A DNA stretch of 64,000 bases from an uncultured Methanolobus sp. (GTDB taxonomy: Archaea; Halobacteriota; Methanosarcinia; Methanosarcinales; Methanosarcinaceae). The notes under the pieces were generated by a model. The model was not told the DNA's origin. It worked only from the letters and a program-made list of their open reading frames with translations, and made no database searches. The DNA is taken from positions 1,152,001 through 1,216,000 of the forward strand of contig OY776215.1 of NCBI GenBank assembly GCA_963675495.1, read 5' to 3'. Below are positions 30,849 through 40,013 of the stretch, in pieces; the first letter of the stretch is position 1, and every line of letters starts with the position of its first letter. Position numbers and translations under genes: made by a program.

Positions 30849-31337
30849 TTATTTCCCAAATGTCAGGGAGACCCATTTCCTTATCTCATCCCTGACCCGC
30901 CGGAAGACTATGAGCTGTTCCTCCTCAGAACCCACGGCTTCAGCAGGATCCTCGAAACTTTTGTGAATTAATCTCTCTGCTTTTGGAAATCTGGATGGAA
31001 GGTCCGAATCAGCTACTTCAGGCATATTGCAGATAGGACATGCCTGTTTAGCCCGGTCGCAGACCGTAACAAGAATATCAAATACAGTACCCTGATATTC
31101 CTGAGATGCTTTGGAGCGCTGACTGGAAATATCGATTCCTATTTCCTGCATGACAAACACAGCACGGGAATCAACATTTGTTGCCTCTATGCCAGCGCTG
31201 TAAGCTTCGTATATATCACCATAAATATCCCTCAGAAATCCTTCGGCCATCTGAGACCTGGCTGAATTATGGTAACACAGGAAGAGAATCTTCTCCTGTG
31301 TACCCGTACTATTTTCCATCTTATTATTAGTACCCAT
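30849..31337 (-). CDS. arsC: Arsenate reductase ArsC (LMW-PTP family)
   Basis: P-loop CYHNSARSQMAEG, TVCDRAKQACP, FEDP. Confidence 0.92.
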   Translation of the reverse strand: MGTNNKMENSTGTQEKILFLCYHNSARSQMAEGFLRDIYGDIYEAYSAGIEATNVDSRAVFVMQEIGIDISSQRSKASQEYQGTVFDILVTVCDRAKQACPICNMPEVADSDLPSRFPKAERLIHKSFEDPAEAVGSEEEQLIVFRRVRDEIRKWVSLTFGK

Positions 31338-31372
31338 GATCACATCTCGAAAAGAATGTTGATTATCAGATT

Positions 31373-31819
31373 TTAGGAACTGGTTATTTCTTCAACAAAT
31401 TTTTCCACACTTTCCCTTATGGAGTTCCTTAGAGTCCGCGCTTTCTCCAATTTTTCTTCTTCAGTACCTGTAAAGGATTCTGGGTCAGAGTAAGGCCAGT
31501 TCAACTGCACAAATGGTTTGGGAAATAAAGGACATTCTTCCTCATGTGCTCTGTCACATACCGTTATGACATACTTGAATAATCTTCCTTCTTTAAAAAG
31601 ATCCCATGCTGATTGAGTTTTCTTTCCACTGAGATCAAAACCATCCTCCTCCATAACCTTTTGAACTAAAGGATTCAGGCTTGTAAGTTTATACCCGGCA
31701 CTTTCAACTTCAAACCTGTCCCCACCAATCTTTTTCAAGTATGCTTCGGCTATCTGACTTCTTCCACTGTTATGAACACATACAAAAAGGACCTTTATCT
31801 TATTGTCACTGGATGCCAT
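31373..31819 (-). CDS. arsC: Arsenate reductase ArsC (LMW-PTP family), second paralog
   Basis: P-loop CVHNSGRSQIAEA, TVCDRAHEEECPLFP, WPYSDP. Confidence 0.92.
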   Translation of the reverse strand: MASSDNKIKVLFVCVHNSGRSQIAEAYLKKIGGDRFEVESAGYKLTSLNPLVQKVMEEDGFDLSGKKTQSAWDLFKEGRLFKYVITVCDRAHEEECPLFPKPFVQLNWPYSDPESFTGTEEEKLEKARTLRNSIRESVEKFVEEITSS

Positions 31820-32314
31820 ATAACCTATTTTCTACATGCAGCAATGATAAAGTTAATCTATATAGATTATATAATATCATAGATTGCTGTTTGCACCTTC
31901 ATAGTAACAGGCAAAAAACTCAAAAGCAATTCACTGAAATGCCACGTATCCCACAACAATAAAACCAATTACTGCACAATCATTATATCAATTGTTCAAA
32001 TGAAGGATTATGGAAAAATGTTTTTCAAAAAGAGATAAAATCTGTAGCCGATGACTATATCTAAAACCAACGCAGAGGCAAACACTAACTCTAGATAGTC
32101 CATAATCAACCCCATATAATTAGATTAGTACTATAAATATAAACAATGTATAAATATATTTGCTATGAATATATAGCATTGTGCCAATATTCACAATTAA
32201 AAGGAAAAAACTAAGAGAAAATTGTGAAAGAAGAAGCCATCCAGATTTAAAAACGATGAGCTTCCTGCATACTGGATGGAAAAACTATTCCCTTAAAGGT
32301 ATTTCTATGCCTAT

Positions 32315-32863
32315 TCACCTTGTGGATGGCCTATCAAAGAAGATATTCTTCCCCTTAACGCTCAAAGGAATCGCCATTGCAACATCCGCATCTATCATAT
32401 CAAAGTAACATGCAGCAGCACCAGCTGAGTACAGCACCCTGTTGTCGATGCACAGGTCCTTTGCTTTTGACACCGCAGACCCCACAGCAATACCAAGATC
32501 CATGTATTTTATCATGCAATGTGGACCTGTGAATTCTACCTTGACCTCCTTCTGTTCAAGCATTTCCTTACATGTCTTAAATCCACATGCACCGCAGTTA
32601 AGTGAGCTAACACCGGAGGACTTCAGACCGATAAGGATCAGTGAATCAGCATCCCTGATATTCTTGGCATCACGTATCAGGAATTTCATTTCCTTAATCT
32701 CACTAAGTTCTTCCATTTTATCTGCAAGTTGCATCCTGTCAGCTTCATTCAGAAGGAAGGTCACTATGTCATCGACACCTTTGCCCTTGGGAGCGGTCCT
32801 TGCAGCTACAAGGATTGTGTTTGCAAGCGATTCAATTATCTCAAGTTCAGGATTTTGTTTCAT
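32315..32863 (-). CDS. DUF2148 family ferredoxin-domain protein
   Basis: AARTAPKGKG.D, NCGACGFKTC, DLGIAVGSA, DNRVLYSAG, KNIFFDR. Confidence 0.88.
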   Translation of the reverse strand: MKQNPELEIIESLANTILVAARTAPKGKGVDDIVTFLLNEADRMQLADKMEELSEIKEMKFLIRDAKNIRDADSLILIGLKSSGVSSLNCGACGFKTCKEMLEQKEVKVEFTGPHCMIKYMDLGIAVGSAVSKAKDLCIDNRVLYSAGAAACYFDMIDADVAMAIPLSVKGKNIFFDRPSTR

Positions 32864-32956
32864 AAGAAAAGAAAACGTTTCAATGATATTTATTCATTGA
32901 GATGAAAATAGCAATACAGGACAGGAACAATTATTCCTGCCTGATAACTATGCAGA

Positions 32957-34009
32957 TTAGATATCCAGAGTTATCAAATTTGGTTCATCATGGATCTGGA
33001 AACTGATCTTTTCAAAAGAAATACTTTCCTTTTTCAGATTTGACTGTATGCATTCATCCACAATTTCCGCAAGTTCTTCCTTTGGAACCTTTGTCACAGC
33101 ACTGAGGAACTTCAGATGTTCTTCTCCATCACCCTTCTCATCAAGTATCTCAACAACCGGCTCACCTTCAGAGGATGTAAGGCTGCCCTTGACAAGGCCC
33201 TCAGTGAATTTGAAGCTGAACTTCACATGCCCTATGAAATCAGGATTAATCTGTTTTACTTTATCCCTGATATCCATTAAAAGATGGACCAGTATTGTTG
33301 TAACCTTATCAGTGTGCATAGTTTCCGAAGTGATGGAATATTCACCTGCGTATGCTCCAACACCTGAAACTTCCATGGAGTTCAGATCTTCGCGCTCCTG
33401 TCGCATCTCGCTTTCCCCTGTCAGCAGGTCCATGAACCTCTCGAATTTATCATCTGCGTTCTTCGCAGAGAATTCAACAACAATTACATCAGGGTTTATT
33501 CCAAGAACCATCTGCGTAGAAGTTGCAATGGCCTCACTGTCCACAAGGTCGATCTTGTTGATGCAAACTATCTCAGATTCCTTTATCTGGCTCTCAATGA
33601 ACCTTGGTACCTGTTTCCATTCAACACCAAATCTGCTTGCATCAACAATTGAGACCACCGGAGCAAATGAAACCTCACCCAGATCCATTAGTTCTATATG
33701 CTCCTTTATCTGAAGAGGGAAAGCGATTCCCGTCGGTTCGATAATAACGACATCCGGCTCGTAATCCTCAATGAGGGTCTGCAGGGTGAGCTCCATACTG
33801 ATCTTAAGGGAACAGCAAATACAACCACTGGTCAGCTCTTTTGTAACAAGGCCACTACTTGATATCGTTTCACCGTCTACCCCAACATCACCAACCTCAT
33901 TGACAATTATAGCTATTTTGTGCCCTTTATAAATCAAATGTTTAGCAAGATTTCGCAGAGTAGTTGTTTTCCCGCTTCCAAGAAAACCACCTATGATTAT
34001 CACTTTCAT
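32957..34009 (-). CDS. CobW/HypB/UreG (G3E) family GTPase, putative metallochaperone
   Basis: GGFLGSGKTT, VNEVG.VGVDG, GCICC, IEPTGIA, INKID; C-terminal IGHVK. Confidence 0.9.
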   Translation of the reverse strand: MKVIIIGGFLGSGKTTTLRNLAKHLIYKGHKIAIIVNEVGDVGVDGETISSSGLVTKELTSGCICCSLKISMELTLQTLIEDYEPDVVIIEPTGIAFPLQIKEHIELMDLGEVSFAPVVSIVDASRFGVEWKQVPRFIESQIKESEIVCINKIDLVDSEAIATSTQMVLGINPDVIVVEFSAKNADDKFERFMDLLTGESEMRQEREDLNSMEVSGVGAYAGEYSITSETMHTDKVTTILVHLLMDIRDKVKQINPDFIGHVKFSFKFTEGLVKGSLTSSEGEPVVEILDEKGDGEEHLKFLSAVTKVPKEELAEIVDECIQSNLKKESISFEKISFQIHDEPNLITLDI

Positions 34010-34154
34010 TTTTTCACCATCATTAGTAGATTATAGAATACAAAACATAGAATAAACTTGTTAGTAGAATGTATTGCAGTTAGATAATATCAAAGTTACC
34101 TGCTTAAAGGTCTTACAAAATAAATATTCATTGACAGAAAATTAGAATGATGAC

Positions 34155-37100
34155 TTACTGCTGTAACGGAAGACGAATATGGATGGTCGTTCCTTTTCCA
34201 TCCTCACTTGTAACGTGTATATCACCGTTGTGATCTTCAATGATCTTCTTGCAAATGTACAAACCGAGTCCTGTACCTCCATATCTTCTCCTCACTGAGG
34301 AATCAACCTGATAGAAGCGTTCGAAAAGATTAGAAATCTTGTCTTCAGGAATACCAATACCTGTGTCCTCCACTTCCAAATACAGAGAATCAGCTGATGC
34401 GTGTGCTGAGATAGTAATTTTACCATCCTGTGGCGTGAATTTTATAGCATTGTCTACCAAATTGACAAAGACATCCATCATCTTATCATGATCAGCAGTT
34501 ATGACCGGCAGGTTATCCGAAATGTCCCTTATAAGTTTGATATTTTTTCCCTCAGCCTGAAGTGCAAGATCCTGTATAGAATTATCAATAACATCCGTTA
34601 TATTTACGTTCTCAAACGAATAATGTAGCTTTCCAGACTGTGCCCTGCTAAGATACAGCAGGGAATCCACTAGCCTGCGCAGACGCTCTGAGTTCCTTAT
34701 TACAGTATCAACCGCTTTTTTCTGTTGCTCATTCACAGAGCCCAGCGTCTGGTCTGCTATCAACTGGCTGTATCCCTGGATTGAAGTAAGTGGTGTTTTA
34801 AACTCATGGCTTACATTAGACAGAAAATCATCCTTCATCCTGTCAAGGGATTTCAGTTCTTCATTAGCCTTTGAAAGCTCAGTATTTGCCTTTGAGAGTT
34901 CAGCATTGACCCGGGACAACTCACCAGCATATTCCCGCAGCGTATCCTCGGCTCGTTTGCGTTGTATGAGCCTCCACATACCTTCCATGAACAAGGTCAG
35001 TTGCCTTGCATCGGATTTATTATATTCTTCCTGTTTGTTAGCAACGCCTGCAGTACCTACCACCTTCTTGCCATCAAAAATAGGGATGCCCATATAACGA
35101 CTGAGTTTGTTATGACCCTCTGGGTAACCACGTTTTAATGGATTGGGAGCATCAAAATCATTGGTAATTATAGCTTTTTTCTGCCTTATGGGTTCGCCCC
35201 ACAGACCCATGCTCTCAAGAGGATACTCAAGCTTCATTTCTTTGACCTTACAATCCTTCATGATATTCTTTGACCAGGAATACACAATAAGAACAGTACC
35301 TTCATCGTTGAGAAAAGCAAGATAACCCATCTTGCTCTGGGTAAGCCTGACCCCTTCTGCCTGAACATAATCAGCAATATCCTTAAGAGAAGTATCAGTC
35401 AGCTGGTTGATCTTCAAGAGGGCTTCAAGTCTTGATTCATCAAGACGTAATGCCTCCTCGGCTTTTTTGCGTACAGAAATATCTCCAAAGATACCGATAC
35501 CTCCAAGGAAAGTACCATCATCAGCAACATTCGGACTGTAATCAGCCTTTAGATAGACATCTTTTCCACTGATGACCGTATGATATTTTCCTTCAAAATG
35601 ACCCGTCTTCCTGGAGAGAGCTTCATCAATAGCCTTTTTCATCATCTTGTCAGTGATCTGTGTGACCATGTTGAAACCGATTATCTCGTCCTTATTCTCC
35701 AGACCTATTATCTCCAGGAACTTATCATTGCAGTGAGTCACAATACCCCGGGCATTGAAGTTGAATATCCCAAGCGGAGAGTTCTCGAAAATGAGACGAT
35801 ACTTCTTCTCAGCCTCAACTATAGCCTTTTCAGCCTTTTTACGCTCAGAGATGTCCTGTAATGCTCCGGTTACTTTTGCGACTTTACCATCTATTATTAT
35901 TGGATTTCCAATTGTTCTAACCCATTTGTGCGTATCTTTAGCTGTGACCAATTCCAGTTCAAGATCGTAAGGTTCGCCTTTTTGTATAGCATCATGTACA
36001 GCCTTTTCAATAAGTTCTCTTGAGCCCGGAGGGTAGAAGCTTAATCCCAATTCCATATCTGTAGGTGTTGAAGGATCTAATTCGTGAATCCTTGCAATCT
36101 CAGGTGTCCATGTTCCCTTGCCAGTTGATGCATCAAATTCCCAGCCTCCTACTTTAGCGACCCTGCTGACCTCATTGAGAAGAGCTTCACTTTTAAGCAG
36201 TTTTTCTTCAGCGCGTTTGCGCTCAGTGATATCCTGAAAAACACCAACAACAATATTCTTTTCGACCTGATAAGCATTGATGTTGAAGTGTCTTTTTAAC
36301 TCTTCAGAATATATTTCAACCTCTTCAGGAATCCCACTAAGTGCTACATTTCTATGTAGATCAAGAAAAGTATTTTCCCTTTTTTCAATACCAGGGTACA
36401 CTTCAGTTACACGCTTTCCCATTACATCTTCGGCTTTTAATCCGCTATGTTTCTCAAAAGCATCATTTACTTCCAGAAAAACAAAATCGACTGGAATTCC
36501 ATTTTCATCCGTGATCATTTCCGAGATCACTACACCACTCATATTGTTCTCAAAGATCAGGCGGTATTTATTTTCAGCTTCAAGGGCGGCTTCCTCGGCA
36601 TTCTTACGTTCGGAGATATCTTCAAAGATACCGATTCCACCCAGGAATGTGCCATCTTCCGCTATGTTTGGACTGTAATCAGCCTTTATGCTGATCGTGA
36701 CATCGGTTGTGACCGTGTGGTAGTCACCTTCAAAGTGGCCCACCTTCCTTGCAAAAACATCAGAAACGGCTTTTTTCATCCCCTCATCTACAATGGAAGC
36801 AACAAGATTGAAGCCGATAACATCCTCTTTACTTTCAAGCTTCATTATTTCCAGGAACTTTTTATTACAGTGAGTGAGGATACCCTTTTCGTTGAAGTGG
36901 AATATACCCACAGGCGAAGATTCGAAGATCATATGATATTTCTCTTCGGCTTCAAGGACAGCTTCCTCGGCTTTTTTTCTGTCCGTGATGTCGATTATTA
37001 TACCCTGGTAATATGCAGGCTTGCCTGCTTCATCCCTTATGAGATACGATCTCTCAGTAACCCACCTTATTTCCCCGAATTTTGTTAGCAAACGATACTC

Positions 37101-38369
37101 TTTTGAAAAGAACATCTTACCCTGAACTTCAAGCTGGGAAACATCCGTTCGGACATAATCCAGATCATCCGGATGAACTATGTCGCCATATTTGATTTTA
37201 CCGGATATCAGATCTCCAGAACTGTAACCAAACTGAGAGATATTCTCGGAAACAAAAACCACTGGCCAATCATCTTCAGCAATCCAGAGGAAAGCGACAA
37301 CCGGACTTTTTCTGTAAATATCCTCCAGCTTTTTAATAGATTTGAACTTATCCCGCAGGGCCTTATGATCTATCTTTTGTTCCACAAGTTTGCCAATGGT
37401 ACCGAGCATACCTCCATAATTTCCTTCATCATCCGTTAGTGGAAGCAGAAAACCACTATGATAAATGAACTGGCCGTCTGGTTTGATAAAAGGAAAAATA
37501 TCATAGCTCCTTGAGTGAAGGGTTTCCTTTGCCATCTGGAAAATATCGATAAAAACGGGCTCATCTTTACCTGCATGAGGAGGTATGAAACTTACCAACT
37601 TTTTCCCGAACACATCACCTTTTGACAGGCCGGAAATAGATTCCATGCCTTTATTGAAGTAGACGATATTATCATACTTATCCACAGCCCAGACACCAGT
37701 CCAGACATTCTCAAGCATGTCATCGGGGAAGTGAGTCTCTTTCAGGATTGTCTTGCATGATGAAGAGCTTTGAAGCAGAGTCCACTTACCATTCTTATTT
37801 ATGACCGTGCCATCGTGCATGCCTATGATTTCAATTATCTCTGATCGATTACGTGCTTCAAGTAAAAAAGCGAACAAACCAACAATGCCTTTCGTTTTGA
37901 TAAGTTCCATAGCCTTTTTTTCGTATTCAATGAACTGTTGCCAGGCATCTTCCCCGACAATTGTGAACTTATCGACTATCCTGAGACCATCGTACCCTTC
38001 AGCTATTGCAATATCGTAGATTTCCTGCCATTTATTAAGGTCATATTCCGAAACCGCACCTTCACCTGCAATATAGCACTCGTTACAGGAAGTTAGCATT
38101 AACTGGCCGTTTTCAAGATACTTATCTACGTCAACGCCAGCGCCTTTTAGCAAATTCTTTGCGCTATCAGCGTCAAGCTGACCTGAAACTCCCCACAGGC
38201 AACATTCATTGTTCATGAAACCTGCATCTAAGAAAGATGCCACTACGTCAATAAACTCTTCACTGTTCTCATACAGCAGGGAAAAATAACTCCCCGGTGT
38301 CATGTCCTCTATAAAATCAATATCCGAATTGATGGTTTCTGTGCCGATAATATAACCCCTGCATGACAA
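34155..38369 (-). CDS. Cytoplasmic sensor histidine kinase: MEDS-like + multiple PAS + GAF + HisKA + HATPase
   Basis: Repeated DI(T/S)(E/D)RKxAE PAS linkers; GAF LWGEPIRQKK...NDF; SHEFKTPL, NLVDNAIKFT, DTGIGI, GGTGLGL; start uncertain (TTG). Confidence 0.93.
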   Translation of the reverse strand: MSCRGYIIGTETINSDIDFIEDMTPGSYFSLLYENSEEFIDVVASFLDAGFMNNECCLWGVSGQLDADSAKNLLKGAGVDVDKYLENGQLMLTSCNECYIAGEGAVSEYDLNKWQEIYDIAIAEGYDGLRIVDKFTIVGEDAWQQFIEYEKKAMELIKTKGIVGLFAFLLEARNRSEIIEIIGMHDGTVINKNGKWTLLQSSSSCKTILKETHFPDDMLENVWTGVWAVDKYDNIVYFNKGMESISGLSKGDVFGKKLVSFIPPHAGKDEPVFIDIFQMAKETLHSRSYDIFPFIKPDGQFIYHSGFLLPLTDDEGNYGGMLGTIGKLVEQKIDHKALRDKFKSIKKLEDIYRKSPVVAFLWIAEDDWPVVFVSENISQFGYSSGDLISGKIKYGDIVHPDDLDYVRTDVSQLEVQGKMFFSKEYRLLTKFGEIRWVTERSYLIRDEAGKPAYYQGIIIDITDRKKAEEAVLEAEEKYHMIFESSPVGIFHFNEKGILTHCNKKFLEIMKLESKEDVIGFNLVASIVDEGMKKAVSDVFARKVGHFEGDYHTVTTDVTISIKADYSPNIAEDGTFLGGIGIFEDISERKNAEEAALEAENKYRLIFENNMSGVVISEMITDENGIPVDFVFLEVNDAFEKHSGLKAEDVMGKRVTEVYPGIEKRENTFLDLHRNVALSGIPEEVEIYSEELKRHFNINAYQVEKNIVVGVFQDITERKRAEEKLLKSEALLNEVSRVAKVGGWEFDASTGKGTWTPEIARIHELDPSTPTDMELGLSFYPPGSRELIEKAVHDAIQKGEPYDLELELVTAKDTHKWVRTIGNPIIIDGKVAKVTGALQDISERKKAEKAIVEAEKKYRLIFENSPLGIFNFNARGIVTHCNDKFLEIIGLENKDEIIGFNMVTQITDKMMKKAIDEALSRKTGHFEGKYHTVISGKDVYLKADYSPNVADDGTFLGGIGIFGDISVRKKAEEALRLDESRLEALLKINQLTDTSLKDIADYVQAEGVRLTQSKMGYLAFLNDEGTVLIVYSWSKNIMKDCKVKEMKLEYPLESMGLWGEPIRQKKAIITNDFDAPNPLKRGYPEGHNKLSRYMGIPIFDGKKVVGTAGVANKQEEYNKSDARQLTLFMEGMWRLIQRKRAEDTLREYAGELSRVNAELSKANTELSKANEELKSLDRMKDDFLSNVSHEFKTPLTSIQGYSQLIADQTLGSVNEQQKKAVDTVIRNSERLRRLVDSLLYLSRAQSGKLHYSFENVNITDVIDNSIQDLALQAEGKNIKLIRDISDNLPVITADHDKMMDVFVNLVDNAIKFTPQDGKITISAHASADSLYLEVEDTGIGIPEDKISNLFERFYQVDSSVRRRYGGTGLGLYICKKIIEDHNGDIHVTSEDGKGTTIHIRLPLQQ

Positions 38370-38459
38370 CTATTAGTGATTAATGGTTTTAGAACTACAA
38401 TAAATAAGAGTATTCAACTCTTATATTTAGTTAATTATTTCTAATAACCTGAGAAGTTC

Positions 38460-39644
38460 TTAGCCTGCATAATATATCCTGTATATCTTTCCTGCGTTAT
38501 CATCGCTGACAAATAACGACCCATCGTCAGATACTATCACATCAACCGGTCTACCACTGATGGTTGCAGCCCCAAGCCATCCTGTTGCAAAATCAGTGAC
38601 CTCCTTGGTGTCCATGTCAATACTAACTACCTTGTACCCGGTAGGTTCCTGTCGATTCCAGGACCCGTGGAAACAAACAAAAAGGTCGCCCTGATACTCT
38701 TCAGGGAAACTGTCACCATCATAGAATGTAAGTCCCAGTGGAGCTGAATGTGCCTGCAGATTCACAAAGCTCGGAATATTTTCTGTTTCATTACAGAGAT
38801 TGCTGACGTATTCACTGTTGTTGAAATCAGTGTCGTAGATATTCTTACCATAACAATCTGGCCAACCATAATCACCGCCTTCTTTTATGAGATTTATCTC
38901 ATCTGGAGGCAGGTCATCTCCAAGCCAGTCCCTTCCGTTCTCAGTGGCATATAATTCCCCGGTCAGCGGATGAAATGCCATTCCCACTGAATTGCGAAGT
39001 CCCTTTGCAAATACTGATAAATTACTGCCATCAAGCTCGCTTTTTGATATTGCAGCTCTCAAATCATCGGATTCGTAACAAGCATTGCATGAAGAACCTA
39101 CACTCAGATAGAGTTCACCATCATGGATATTTACAGTTCTTGTATAATGACCACCTGTGGGAAGGTTATCAATTATAATTTCCAGACTTTCTTCATCAGC
39201 AACAAGGTCACCGTCATCATCCCTTACCCTGATGACCCTGCTCTCCTGTGCTATGTAGAACCAACCGTCATTGTAGTCAATTCCATGAGGATGATCAAGG
39301 TCTGATATGAACACATCAACTTCATCAGCAACATTGTCAGTATCATGATCCGGAAGTGAAGCTATAAGGCCCTTGTTTGGTATGGACACGAAAAGCAGAC
39401 CATCCTTTATCATCATCATGCGTGGACCAGGAGATGGCCCACCAAATGATAGCAGGGTGCTACCCAGATCATCGGCATATACATCAATGGCAAACCCCGG
39501 TGGCAACGTTATGTCTTCAACTCCTGAACCTGTCATTGTAGGTCGCACACCGAGATAGTTAGCCGAAAATATCACGATGAGTATTGTCACTATGAAAATA
39601 ACAGCTATCCACCACACCCTCTGACCTGATAATAATTGCGACAT
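38460..39644 (-). CDS. PQQ-dependent sugar/sorbosone dehydrogenase family (GSDH-type beta-propeller), membrane-anchored
   Basis: N-terminal TM; LPPGF.I..YA, GGHYTR, SVGSSCNAC, GLRNSVG, GDYGWP, AHSAPLGL, HGSWNR, GRPVDV. Confidence 0.9.
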   Translation of the reverse strand: MSQLLSGQRVWWIAVIFIVTILIVIFSANYLGVRPTMTGSGVEDITLPPGFAIDVYADDLGSTLLSFGGPSPGPRMMMIKDGLLFVSIPNKGLIASLPDHDTDNVADEVDVFISDLDHPHGIDYNDGWFYIAQESRVIRVRDDDGDLVADEESLEIIIDNLPTGGHYTRTVNIHDGELYLSVGSSCNACYESDDLRAAISKSELDGSNLSVFAKGLRNSVGMAFHPLTGELYATENGRDWLGDDLPPDEINLIKEGGDYGWPDCYGKNIYDTDFNNSEYVSNLCNETENIPSFVNLQAHSAPLGLTFYDGDSFPEEYQGDLFVCFHGSWNRQEPTGYKVVSIDMDTKEVTDFATGWLGAATISGRPVDVIVSDDGSLFVSDDNAGKIYRIYYAG

Positions 39645-40013
39645 AGGCAACCCTTGTTAATTGTTGGAGCTGGAAGAATAAAAGGATATGGGGATTTGCA
39701 GCGACGTAATTGAAATTATCGATTATGGCCCTGAATAAATACAATTCTCATTTTAACCATTCTACATTATTACATATGCCTGTATTACTCTAAGAAAAAT
39801 TGCTTCAATTTTTATTTTACATTAATTATCAAATATTATTTTACGCCAGCATATATAAATAACATAAGAGAACAAAAAGAAACAGAAGTATGGTAAAATA
39901 ATTTTAACTTGATACAAATCTTAACCCCCTTTAAAGCATTTAAAATCCGACCATAAAAGTAAATCTTTACTCAGACAGAGTCTGAGAATTAAAGGTGAAC
40001 TTCGAGTGATTTT

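Noticed and set aside
31820-32314. AT-rich gap with short ORFs and small inverted repeats (TGCTAT/ATAGCA, CCATCCAG/CTGGATGG)
   Set aside because: Consistent with ordinary promoter and terminator DNA; no supportable gene or RNA
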